Source: Elainellaceae cyanobacterium (GTDB taxonomy: Bacteria > Cyanobacteriota > Cyanobacteriia > CAZCXK01). Taken from it: DNA of 64,000 nt. Within the stretch, counting starts at the first letter, position 1, and each line of letters opens with the position of its first letter. Below, one piece after another: positions 1 through 10,721 of this stretch. The notes beneath the pieces are model-generated. The model did not search any database. It had not been told where the DNA came from and saw only the letters and a program-made list of their open reading frames with translations. The stretch is taken from contig JBNPEG010000132.1 of the NCBI GenBank assembly GCA_051117555.1, forward strand, positions 1,007-65,006, read 5' to 3'. The position numbers were made by a program, and so were the translations under genes.

Positions 1-540
1 ATCGCACTCTATCAGCAGTCCTTAGAGCTAAAAGAGCGGATTGGCGATGTGCAGGGGAAAGCCGCCACGCTGCATCAGCTTGCGGGTATCTATGCGCAAC
101 AGGGGCAGGTGGAGGAGGCGATCGCACTCTATCAGCAGTCCTTAGAGCTAAAAGAGCGGATTGGCGATGTGCAGGGGAAAGCCGCCACGCTGCATCAGCT
201 TGCGGGTATCTATGCGCAACAGGGGCAGGTGGAGGAGGCGATCGCACGCTATCAGCAGTCCTTAGAGATAAAAGAGCGGATTGGCGATGTGCAGGGGAAA
301 GCCGCCACGCTGCATCAGCTTGCGGGTATCTATGCGCAACAGGGGCAGGTGGAGGAGGCGATCGCTCGCTATCAGCAGTCCTTAGAGATAAAAGAGCGGA
401 TTGGCGATGTGCAGGGGAAAGCCGCCACGCTGCATCAGCTTGCCATGATCTATGCGCAACAGGGGCAGGTGGACGAAGCGATCGCCCGCTATCAGCAGTC
501 CTTAGAGATAGACGAGCGGATTGGCAATGTGCAGGGGAAA
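1..540 (+). repeat. 120-bp in-frame tandem repeat, at least 4.5 copies
   Basis: 1-120 and 121-240 are identical; 241-360 differs at 2 nt; later copies diverge more. Confidence 0.95.
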
Positions 541-810
541 GCCATTACCTTAGCTAACATGGGACAACTCCTAGCCGACCAGCGAGGAGAGTTTGATACT
601 GCCATTGCCTACCTGCAAGAGTCGCTGGCGATTTTGCAACATCTCAAGTCCCCCAATGCCCAGACCGTGCAGGAGATGCTAATACAGGTCATCTTTAATA
701 AGATCGCCCAGTCACCCAATAGTGAAGCATTCCAGCAGGCGCTTCAGTCAGGCGATCAGGAGGCGATTCTAGGATTTATTCAAGAGGCGATGCCGCGTCC
801 TGATGGGTAG
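1..810 (+). CDS. TPR-repeat protein, 3' part (gene starts before the window)
   Basis: Frame 1 is open from base 1 (IALYQQSLELKERIGDVQGKAATLHQLAGIYAQQGQVEEA); 40-aa TPR-like units; stop TAG at 808-810. Confidence 0.9.
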   Translation: MALYQQSLELKERIGDVQGKAATLHQLAGIYAQQGQVEEAIALYQQSLELKERIGDVQGKAATLHQLAGIYAQQGQVEEAIARYQQSLEIKERIGDVQGKAATLHQLAGIYAQQGQVEEAIARYQQSLEIKERIGDVQGKAATLHQLAMIYAQQGQVDEAIARYQQSLEIDERIGNVQGKAITLANMGQLLADQRGEFDTAIAYLQESLAILQHLKSPNAQTVQEMLIQVIFNKIAQSPNSEAFQQALQSGDQEAILGFIQEAMPRPDG

Positions 811-1070
811 GGGCGAATGGCATTCGCCCAACGCAGAATGATGTAGACATATCAATTTTGGATTTTCGATTTTCGATTTTCGATTTTCGATGGAGTGGTG
901 CAACTGAACCCTCAACCCCGTGCAATCACGCCCAACTGAAGCGCAATGCGGAGCGACGTCACACCGCCAACCGATCACCTCGTGCGGAGGGGGTCTGGGG
1001 GACGGGCTTCGTCCCCCAGCGGGGGTTTGGTGGCAAGCGCCCCCAAGTGGCAGGTTTTCGCCCCTACCCA
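804..1070. mobile_element. MITE/REPIN-like composite bounded by 14-bp inverted repeats
   Basis: TGGGTAGGGGCGAA (804-817) and TTCGCCCCTACCCA (1057-1070); internal heptamer array and GC hairpins. Confidence 0.6.
855..891. repeat. Heptamer short tandem repeat (STRR-type), ATTTTCG/ATTTTGG x5
   Basis: attttgg attttcg attttcg attttcg attttcg at. Confidence 0.9.
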
Positions 1071-1096
1071 ATTGAGACATTCACACAAAAATTCGC

Positions 1097-1124
1097 AAAA
1101 AAAAGGACATGGCATCCCATGTCC
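1097..1124 (-). terminator. Probable intrinsic terminator of the 1167-1691 gene
   Basis: A8 then GGACATGG-catc-CCATGTCC; reads as hairpin plus U-tract on the minus strand. Confidence 0.6.
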
Positions 1125-1166
1125 CGATATGAGCAGGTTGTTTAACAGAAACCAAGCCATCAAGAT

Positions 1167-1691
1167 CTAAGCCATCGGCGTGGATAGCGTCTCGGCTGAT
1201 GCCGAATCCGTCATCGCATCTGGGGCAGAACTTGGAGGGCGATCGCCTTTCGGGGGTTGGGCAAAGCGCCCACCCATATCGCCCACCAGCTTATCTAAGC
1301 CGCCCACCGAGCCAGTCACCTTGGCATAGCGGTAGATATCCAGCGCCGCCGCATAGGCTTCGCTGCCCAGCTTGATCGAGGTATCATTCAGCAGCTCTTG
1401 CAGTTGGGCGATCGCCACGATGATAGGCCGCAGCGCATCATACAGCTCCAGGTCTCGCTGCATTTCTTCGAGCTTAAACGAGCGAGGCAAAAAGTCGGGG
1501 TTATGTAGGGCAAGTTCGAGCGCTTTGCGGGTAAAGGTTTGATTTTTGTCTCCCATCTTAGGCAACAGGCGAATCTCTTCAGGCGACAGATCCATTAAAA
1601 ACGGCATCTTTTTAAGAATTATGGCGATCGCATCCATGATTTCTTGACGATCATCGGCAGACATCACCGCACTAATTTGGCTATATAGCAT
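1167..1691 (-). CDS. Hypothetical helical protein
   Basis: 174-aa ORF with GGGAG RBS-like site upstream and a terminator downstream; no function recognised. Confidence 0.75.
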   Translation of the reverse strand: MLYSQISAVMSADDRQEIMDAIAIILKKMPFLMDLSPEEIRLLPKMGDKNQTFTRKALELALHNPDFLPRSFKLEEMQRDLELYDALRPIIVAIAQLQELLNDTSIKLGSEAYAAALDIYRYAKVTGSVGGLDKLVGDMGGRFAQPPKGDRPPSSAPDAMTDSASAETLSTPMA

Positions 1692-1804
1692 TGGCGTTAA
1701 CTCCCATGACTAAAAGAACATCCCTAGGATGCCCAGGCATGGCGATCGAGTCTCAACACGCTGGAAATGCATAGGCCATTCGATTGGTGGGAGCGGTTCA
1801 GGGA

Positions 1805-1850
1805 GTAGGGGCGATTCTCGTTCGCGTCGCATCTCGCAGAGAAGCGCCCT
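1805..1850. repeat. GTAG-type REP palindrome interrupted by a short SDR-like insert
   Basis: GTAGGGGCGATTCTC...GAGAAGCGCCCT enclosing gttcgcgtcgcatctcgca; resembles cyanobacterial small dispersed repeats. Confidence 0.4.
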
Positions 1851-2035
1851 TTCTAAGATGTATAGATGGAGTCTTACACTGCCGATTTCAGATCACCTAT
1901 CATCTTGATTAGATCACGTTTCAAATCATCTCGTTTTACGGCGTCATCATTTGCACTATGACTCTTCTCAAGCTCCTTGACTGGCGCGATCGCCATCCTG
2001 TGACTCTTCACCCGACTTGGACAACGAACTAACCC

Positions 2036-5000
2036 ATGACACTAATGCCGGTTTGGGGGATACTCGCTATTTTCCTCCTGTGTCCACTGCTAGGAGGGCT
2101 ACCGCTCGTGTATTGGATTACCTACGGTCTGACCGGGCGCAAGCTCAATCAACTTGGCACCCGAAACGTTGGGGTTTCGGCAGCGTTTTATCATGGGGGT
2201 CAGGTTGCAGGCATTCTTGCCGTTCTGTCTGAAGCGCTTAAGGGAATTGCCGCCGTATTACTAGCGCGCGCGTTTTTTCCGACTGAACCCGCCTGGGAAA
2301 TCGTAGCTCTGATTGCGCTGGTCTTGGGTCGATATTGGATGGGTCAGGGAGCAGGCACCACCAATGTAGTATGGGGGTTCATCGTCCATGACTGGATGAC
2401 GTCCTTTTTGGTAGCGCTGATTGGTGGAGTTGGCTTCACCATTTTGAGAGAACGTCGGCTGGGGCGGCTGGGCATATTGGCGCTGATTCCTGCTATTACT
2501 GCGTTGCGTCATCCTCAGGACGGATTGCTCATTGGGGCAACGCTCACGTTGAGTTGGCTAATGGGGTGGATTTTTCAAAAAATGCCAGATGATTTAGATT
2601 TGCCATCACGTGCAGCGCATCGAGAATCGCGACACGTGTTTCAGTTTTTTCGAGGCGATCGCGCGATTTTGAGTCTTGATCGATCCGTCGAGGCCAGAAA
2701 AGTCGGCGGTAAAGCGGCTGTTTTATCTCGACTAAAGCGATGGGGCTATCCGGTGCCGACGGGATGGATTTTGCCGCCGGGGGATGATCCCGCTCCGCTA
2801 ATCGAAGCGCTTCAGCCATCTGACGAACAGCCTCTGATTGTGCGTTCGACGGCGATTGGCGAAGATGCGAGCACAGCATCAGCGGCTGGGCAATATGAAT
2901 CATTTGCCAATATTACAAATAAGGCATCTCTAGAGCAGGCGATCGCCCAGTGCCAAGCCTCCTACAATCGTCCCCATGCAGTCCGCTATCGGCGCGATCG
3001 CCAACTGACGGATGAATCGATGGCGGTGCTAGTTCAGGAGCAAGTGCGGGGGGCGTTTTCTGGCGTTGCGTTTAGCCGCGACCCCATTACTCGATATGGC
3101 GATGCGGTGGTGATTGAAGCCTTGCCCGGTGAAGCCACGCGCGTTGTATCGGGGCAGAACACTCCTGAGCAATATCGGGTGCGGTTGAGGGCTGATGAGA
3201 TCAATAATGACGGTGAGCCGTCGGATCGGGATGCGGATTGGGTGCTGCCAGACTCAACTCAGCTTGAGGTCGAGGGTCAGGGAGATGTGCCGCCGCGATT
3301 GATTCAGCAGGTGGCGTATCTAGCGAGACATATCGAAGGTCGCTATCATGGCGTTCCGCAAGATATCGAGTGGACCTATGACGGTCAGCAGCTTTGGATT
3401 TTGCAATCCCGTCCGATTACGACGCTGTTGCCCATCTGGACTCGAAAAATTGCCTCTGAGGTGATCCCAGGGTTCATTCGTCCGCTCACCTGGTCGATTA
3501 ATCAGCCGCTCACCTGTGGCGTTTGGGGCGAAATCTTTACCCTCGTGTTGGGCGATCGCGCTCACGATTTAGATTTTAATCGCACCGCAGCACTCCATCA
3601 TTCAGCCGCTTACTTTAATGCATCTCTGCTGGGCAAAATCTTTCGCCGCATGGGATTGCCGCCCGAAAGCCTAGAGTTTTTGACGCGGGGGGCTAAGTTT
3701 AGCAAACCGTCTCTAGCCGTTACGCTGAGAAATCTGCCGGGGCTTTTGCGGCTATTGGGGCGAGAACTCAGTCTAGAACAAGACTTTGAGCACGATGAGC
3801 ACCGATACTTCGCGCCCGGATTGGCTGACTTGACCGATGATAGGCTTGATCAGCTATCCCACCAAGATTTGCTCGATCGGGTCGACTACATTCTTGACTT
3901 ACTCAAACGAGCCACCTACTACAACATTTTGGTTCCCCTGAGCCTTTCACTCCGACAGGCGATCCTAGGGGTGAAGGATGCATATCTCGACAGTAGCGGG
4001 CTTCCTGAAGTGGCATCGTTGCGATCGCTCAAAGAATTGGCAATGGATTGTCGCCCATTTCTGCCGACGTCGTTGCCTAACAATGCTCGCAGCTCGACGA
4101 TTTTTGCGACCCTATCTGAAAATCCAGATGGGCAAACCGTCGTCGAACAGTTCGATAAATTTCTGGATCGATACGGCTATCTCAGCGAAGTCGCGACCGA
4201 CATTGCTGTGCCCACGTGGAAAGAAGACCCGCGTCCGGTTCGAAAATTATTTGCCCAATTTCTCACAAAGCCCGATCTCAAGAGCCCCAAATCGCATCAA
4301 TCCTCCTCATCGAGTTGGAAAGTGCAGCAGGTGCAGAAGCGACTCGATCTAAAAGGACGGATTGCGGATGTCTACAATCGACTATTGGCCGAACTGCGAT
4401 GGAGCTTCGTGGCTCTTGAGCACGATTGGCTGTCTCGCGACATCTTAGACCAGGCTGGCGATATTTTCTTCCTGACGCTGGATGAAGTTCGTCAAGCGGT
4501 GTCACCTTCAAATTCAGATGCTTCGAATTCAGATGCTTCAAATTCAGATGCTTCAAATTCAGATGCTTCAAATTCAGATCTCATGAATCAACTATCTGAC
4601 CTGATTGCCGCACGGCGATCGCAATGGGAGTCTGATCGACAGATTACTCCGATTCCGTCACTCGTCTATGGCAATGAGCCTCCGGCGCGGCAATATTTGC
4701 TTCGCCACACGGCGGCACGTGAAACCCACCAATCTCTTCGAGGAATTGGCGCGAGTCCGGGTATTGTAGAAGGAGAAATCTTGATTCTTCAGGGACTGCA
4801 AAGCGCTCCCGATGTTGATAAGAACACGATTCTCGTGCTGCCTTATACGGATTCAGGGTGGGCTCCCTTACTGGCTCAAGTTGGAGGACTGATCGCAGAA
4901 ACGGGAGGTCGTCTTTCTCACGGGGCGATCGTGGCGCGAGAATATGGCATTCCTGCGGTGATGGATGTCTCTGATGCGAGCCAGCGTCTGAGGAATGGTC

Positions 5001-5047
5001 AGCAGGTTCGTATTGATGGCGCACAAGGAGTGATCGAAATTTTATAG
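2036..5047 (+). CDS. PlsY-like membrane domain fused to a PEP-utiliser/dikinase (ATP-grasp, central domain, C-terminal phospho-His swivel)
   Basis: Hydrophobic N-terminal ~190 aa with GTRNVG and EALKG; VGGKAA, VRSTAIGED, SAAGQYES, PQDIEW, LQSRPIT; C-terminal GGRLSHGAIVAREYGIPAV. Confidence 0.85.
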   Translation: MTLMPVWGILAIFLLCPLLGGLPLVYWITYGLTGRKLNQLGTRNVGVSAAFYHGGQVAGILAVLSEALKGIAAVLLARAFFPTEPAWEIVALIALVLGRYWMGQGAGTTNVVWGFIVHDWMTSFLVALIGGVGFTILRERRLGRLGILALIPAITALRHPQDGLLIGATLTLSWLMGWIFQKMPDDLDLPSRAAHRESRHVFQFFRGDRAILSLDRSVEARKVGGKAAVLSRLKRWGYPVPTGWILPPGDDPAPLIEALQPSDEQPLIVRSTAIGEDASTASAAGQYESFANITNKASLEQAIAQCQASYNRPHAVRYRRDRQLTDESMAVLVQEQVRGAFSGVAFSRDPITRYGDAVVIEALPGEATRVVSGQNTPEQYRVRLRADEINNDGEPSDRDADWVLPDSTQLEVEGQGDVPPRLIQQVAYLARHIEGRYHGVPQDIEWTYDGQQLWILQSRPITTLLPIWTRKIASEVIPGFIRPLTWSINQPLTCGVWGEIFTLVLGDRAHDLDFNRTAALHHSAAYFNASLLGKIFRRMGLPPESLEFLTRGAKFSKPSLAVTLRNLPGLLRLLGRELSLEQDFEHDEHRYFAPGLADLTDDRLDQLSHQDLLDRVDYILDLLKRATYYNILVPLSLSLRQAILGVKDAYLDSSGLPEVASLRSLKELAMDCRPFLPTSLPNNARSSTIFATLSENPDGQTVVEQFDKFLDRYGYLSEVATDIAVPTWKEDPRPVRKLFAQFLTKPDLKSPKSHQSSSSSWKVQQVQKRLDLKGRIADVYNRLLAELRWSFVALEHDWLSRDILDQAGDIFFLTLDEVRQAVSPSNSDASNSDASNSDASNSDASNSDLMNQLSDLIAARRSQWESDRQITPIPSLVYGNEPPARQYLLRHTAARETHQSLRGIGASPGIVEGEILILQGLQSAPDVDKNTILVLPYTDSGWAPLLAQVGGLIAETGGRLSHGAIVAREYGIPAVMDVSDASQRLRNGQQVRIDGAQGVIEIL
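4506..4579 (+). repeat. 15-bp in-frame tandem repeat x5 (SNSDA)
   Basis: CTTCAAATTCAGATG units. Confidence 0.95.
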
Positions 5048-5094
5048 ACTGCGATGATACGATTGCAGGTCGATACTTATAAGCTGCTTAACCT

Positions 5095-5730
5095 GTGAAT
5101 ACCATTATTTTTGACTTTGATGGTACGATTGCGGACACATTTGAGACGATGCTGATTATTACCAATCGTCTCGCCTACGAGTTTGGCTATCAGCCGCTGA
5201 CAGATGCTGATGTACAGCAGCTTCGGCAGATGAGTTCGCGGGAAATCATTCGGCGATCGCAAATTTCGGCATTTAGAATTCCTGCGTTGATTCGACGCAT
5301 CAAGCGCGAGCTTCAGCAAGAAATCCATCAGCTCAATTTAATCGACGGCATGCAAGAGGCTCTCGGCATCTTGAGGCAGCAGGATAACCAATTGGGAATT
5401 GTAACGTCTAATTCGCAGGACAACGTTCAGGCATTTCTCAACACCCATCAACTGATTGACTGTTTTGATTTCATTTATTCGGGCACCACGATCTTTGGAA
5501 AAGCACGAGTCATTCACAACCTCCTGAGACGCAAAAATATTCTGCCCCATACGGTAGTGTATGTGGGAGATGAAACGCGCGATATCGAAGCTGCCCGCAA
5601 AATTCCAATCAAGGTCGTTGCCGTTAGTTGGGGTTTCAACTCTAAAGAGGCGCTTGTTCAGCAAAAACCCGATTTTTTAGTGGACTATCCCCACGACCTG
5701 ATTCCTGTGATCGCTCAACTCAGCCGCTAA
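5095..5730 (+). CDS. HAD-superfamily hydrolase (Gph-like)
   Basis: IIFDFDGTIAD, VTSN, YVGDETRDIEAA. Confidence 0.9.
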   Translation: MNTIIFDFDGTIADTFETMLIITNRLAYEFGYQPLTDADVQQLRQMSSREIIRRSQISAFRIPALIRRIKRELQQEIHQLNLIDGMQEALGILRQQDNQLGIVTSNSQDNVQAFLNTHQLIDCFDFIYSGTTIFGKARVIHNLLRRKNILPHTVVYVGDETRDIEAARKIPIKVVAVSWGFNSKEALVQQKPDFLVDYPHDLIPVIAQLSR

Positions 5731-5770
5731 ACTGCCAAAACGGACTGTTCAAGGCGTGCGTCATTCGTCT

Positions 5771-6520
5771 ATGAATATTCAACTATTGCTAACGACGTTT
5801 CTCGCGGCTACGGTAACCATGCTTGCAACGGGCTTGGGAGCAGTGCCGTTTTATGTCATCCCCGACTTATCACCCAAATGGTCGCAACGCGGCTATGCGC
5901 TTGCGGGCGGGGTCATGCTGTCAGCCTCAGTGTTTGATTTAATCATGCCTGCCGTCCAACGAGGCGGATACTGGCAAGCATTTGTTGGGTTATTAGCAGG
6001 CACCCTTGTTTTTCTTCTTAGCGAAGTCTGGTTAGGCGACCAGGAAATTAACATCGGTGAAATTCGCGGCGCGTCTGCTCGACGCATCTTGCTGATTTTG
6101 GGCACTCTGTTTATTCACAGTTTTCCAGAAGGAGTTGCCATCGGAGTCGGCTATGGAGCCCAAGATCCAGCTACTCGACTGGGATTGCTGCTGGCGATCG
6201 CCATTTCGATTCAAAATATTCCAGAAGGGTTAGCTGTAACGCTGCCGCTGCGCGCTGAACAGGTTTCCGTGACCCGCTGCGTGCTGTGGTCGATTTTTTC
6301 TAGCGTGCCTCAGCCTATTGCAGCGATTCCGGCATTCCTTGCGGTGTCCTTTTTTCAACAGCTGTTGCCCTATGCGCTGGCGTTTGCGGCTGGAGCAATG
6401 GGGTTTTTAGTCTTTACCGAGCTTATTCCTGAAGGACTTGAGGGGGGCGATCGCACCGAAACTGGCGTTATTCTGGCGATCGGGTTTTTAGTAATGTTAC
6501 TCACTCATACGCTGGTCTAA
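5771..6520 (+). CDS. ZIP-family metal transporter (ZupT-like)
   Basis: HSFPEGVAIG, QNIPEGLAV, multiple TM segments. Confidence 0.9.
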   Translation: MNIQLLLTTFLAATVTMLATGLGAVPFYVIPDLSPKWSQRGYALAGGVMLSASVFDLIMPAVQRGGYWQAFVGLLAGTLVFLLSEVWLGDQEINIGEIRGASARRILLILGTLFIHSFPEGVAIGVGYGAQDPATRLGLLLAIAISIQNIPEGLAVTLPLRAEQVSVTRCVLWSIFSSVPQPIAAIPAFLAVSFFQQLLPYALAFAAGAMGFLVFTELIPEGLEGGDRTETGVILAIGFLVMLLTHTLV

Positions 6521-6647
6521 TGCAAAATGGCTGATTTTTAGCATTCTCGATGATGACAAACATCATCCCTAGACGGATGTGCAAAGTTGTGTGAATTGAC
6601 GAAAATTTCTGAAGTCATTCAACTACGGTTTACAGGAGGGATCGTCA

Positions 6648-7082
6648 ATGGCTGTCATCGAGCGTCAGATCGACATTAGCGCCCCCATAGAAGACGTGTT
6701 TGCATACATGGACAATCCACTTCATCAGCCCCAAATTACCCCCAGCATGACAGAGGTGAAGTCGGTTGAGCGCATCTCAAATGGAGGGACGCGATCGCAC
6801 TATGTCTATAAAATGGCAGGCATTCAATTTGAGGGAACTGCCGAAACATTTGAATATGTTCCTAACAGCCGCATTGGGTTCAATCTATTTGGCGGCATCG
6901 AAGGCAAGATTTGGTGGCAGTTTGAACCGCTTGATGTCCATCACAGTCGCATGATCTACCGCGCCGAATACACCGTTCCCGTCCCCGTGCTCGGAGACGC
7001 ACTAGCAAAGCTTGCAACGAGTTATAACGAGCGCGAAGTGGAGACAAAACTTGCAAATCTAAAAACGATGATGGAGTCTTAG
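6648..7082 (+). CDS. SRPBCC/polyketide cyclase family protein
   Basis: IDISAPIEDVFAY N-terminus, C-terminal LANLK helix; AGGAGG RBS. Confidence 0.8.
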   Translation: MAVIERQIDISAPIEDVFAYMDNPLHQPQITPSMTEVKSVERISNGGTRSHYVYKMAGIQFEGTAETFEYVPNSRIGFNLFGGIEGKIWWQFEPLDVHHSRMIYRAEYTVPVPVLGDALAKLATSYNEREVETKLANLKTMMES

Positions 7083-7173
7083 CTACTTATTGGCTGCTGA
7101 CGGCTGACTAATCTATCCTTGAGAAGATTAACTTGAGAAGATTAAACAGCCGTTAGGATTGCATCGCATCACA

Positions 7174-7575
7174 ATGAGCAAAGTCAAAAAAGTTCAACTC
7201 GACGACAACACATTCATCTTTGTTGAAGCCACCGATGACACGGACATCTCTGAACTTTCCACGGAAGCAGAGACTCCGTATGTCGCAGACGATGAAGAAG
7301 AGGAAACGACTCGGTCTGCGAAAGGGGTTCTAGATTGGGCGAGTCAGGGACAGCAGCGGATGCAGACGCAGTATCGACAAACGATGGATACCTTAATCCA
7401 GCGATATACGTCGTATACGCTTCAGGCATTTAAGGAAGTTGCATTTGCCGAAGTCAAGAAGGTCACGCTGGAATTTGGCATCAAAGTTGACGCTCAAACG
7501 GGAGTTCCGTACATCGCGTCAGGAACAGCCGAGTGCAGCGTCAAAATCGTCGTGGAATGCTCCTTCTCCGACTAG
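7174..7575 (+). CDS. CU044_2847/Trypco1-family small protein
   Basis: C-terminal VKKVTLEFGIKVDAQTGVPYIASGTAECSVKIVVEC pattern. Confidence 0.7.
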   Translation: MSKVKKVQLDDNTFIFVEATDDTDISELSTEAETPYVADDEEEETTRSAKGVLDWASQGQQRMQTQYRQTMDTLIQRYTSYTLQAFKEVAFAEVKKVTLEFGIKVDAQTGVPYIASGTAECSVKIVVECSFSD

Positions 7576-7610
7576 AGCAGCAGGACTGAGCCTCACCTTA
7601 CGGCAGATCT

Positions 7611-9130
7611 TCATTGAGGGCATGCCTGAAGCTGCGCCATTTGAAGCACAATTTCGTCAATTGCCGCACGTCTTACGCGACCGGGCTGCTCTGAGTGGTC
7701 GATTAAAATGCTGAAGGCAAGGGGCATATAGCCGGGTGGGTTGAGATATCCCGACAATGACGACACGCCCGTCAGTCCGCCCGTTTTGCCGTCAAGGTTA
7801 CCCGCAACAGTAGTGCCTCGAAATCGATTTGCCAAGGTTCCGTTGACTCCCGCTACCGCAAGTGAATTTCGATAAATTTGAGCATGGGGCGATCGCGCCA
7901 TCGCTTGAAGCGTCTGTACCAATGCCTCTGGACTGGCAAGATTATGACGAGAAAGTCCTGACCCATCTGCCATCACATAGCTTGTGGGGTCGACACCGAG
8001 CTGAGTGAGCGTAGCCTGTGCCAGAGCAATTCCATCGTCAAGAGCTGACGAAGACGGCGAAGCAGGCGCAATGGCTCCCATCTGTCGCAGCAGGGATTCG
8101 GCATATAGATTATTGCTGTCGCGGTTCGCGTTGACTAATAACTCTGCAAGGGGAGGGGAATCGAGTGCGGCAATTTCCTGCCCGTCTGACCCCTGATCAG
8201 GGGCGATCGCAAGTTGATGAACTGAAATGCCCGCTGCTGTTAATGCTTGACGAAATCGCTGAAGAAAATAGGTCGTCGGGTCGGGAATTGAAACGGCAGA
8301 TTCATCGGGGCGTGCCCCGACTCGGAGCTGTCCGCGAACATTGAGAATGGGCTGGCTAAAGTCGCGTCCGACCTCAACAAATTCGGGTTCGGTCACCGCT
8401 ACGGTAGTTGAGCGGTTATTGATTCGCCATCGGGCTGCTTCAGCCGGGTCGTCCCAATCGACTCGGAGTGGTTCTCCCAAGTCTTGGGGTGTTAGCGTCA
8501 CCTGAATCTCGTTTTCATTCAAAATTAGGCTGCTGGCGGGAGCACCATAGCCTGCCTGCACATCTTCCCATTCCCAGTTGGGGTTAATAGCACTCCCTCG
8601 AAAATAGTGATCGTCACCCATCAGATGCGTGATGTGCGTAATCGAGCGATCGCCAATTTGACGAGCGAGCAACGCTAAATCGGCATCGGTTAAGGTCGGA
8701 TCACCCCGTCCAATAACGCGCAGCACCGTCTCGCCCGATGCTGATAAGTCTCTATAAGATGCTGATAAGTCTCTATAAACAGAGGTGCGAATGCGAAATT
8801 GAGGACGGAGTTGAGTCAGTGCAGCGGCAGTTGTCAATAGCTTGGCATTCGAGGCAGGAATAAAAAACTGATGAGCATCTCGGGCATACAGCGTTTCGAT
8901 TTGATTGCTCGGCGATAGGTCGGCGCTGACGATACGGTTTGGACTAAAATTCCCCATCGGGCGCGATCAAAGGCTGGGCGGGTGGCGATCGCCTCAATTC
9001 GCGATTCCAAATCTGCCAGACACACCCCTTCATCCGCTACGGCAGCAGGAGCCATCGGCATTAGTAACAGGATGACCGCACTCATAAATCGCACATAGCG
9101 TTTTGGGCGATCGCGTAAATTGCTATACAT
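7611..9130 (-). pseudogene. dacB: D-Ala-D-Ala carboxypeptidase/endopeptidase (PBP4), frameshifted
   Basis: Signal peptide and RARWGILVQT lie in ORF 8834-9130; PASNAK, SNN and KTG lie in ORF 7611-8957; frames switch near 8905-8935. Confidence 0.8.
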
Positions 9131-9149
9131 CTCTGACGGGCTTTGCTAA

Positions 9150-10499
<1,350 letters not shown>

Positions 10500-10546
10500 T
10501 AGCCACCCATTAGACCTGAAGAACTGCATAGCATGGATGGAATGTG

Positions 10547-10574
10547 AAACAAGGGGGCGATCGCCCCCTTGTTT
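10547..10574. terminator. 28-bp perfect palindrome centred on HIP1, probable ahcY terminator
   Basis: AAACAAGGGGGCGA|TCGCCCCCTTGTTT. Confidence 0.6.
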
Positions 10575-10721
10575 TCGTTATACACCCCTACCTGCTCTGG
10601 ATAGCCTGGTGAGGATCAGCAAGTATGTACTCTTGGTGAAGATCTTAATTGACACTCGCCGACAATCAACTCTCTATGTCATCATCGACAATATTTCTTA
10701 TCTAGATTTGATAGGGATTGC

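Noticed and set aside
1..540. DGR template/variable repeat pair
   Set aside because: Differences are not adenine-specific, the units are tandem and coding, and no reverse transcriptase is present.
769..1170. Four short overlapping ORFs
   Set aside because: They are translations of heptamer and REP repeats (IENRKSKIENPK).
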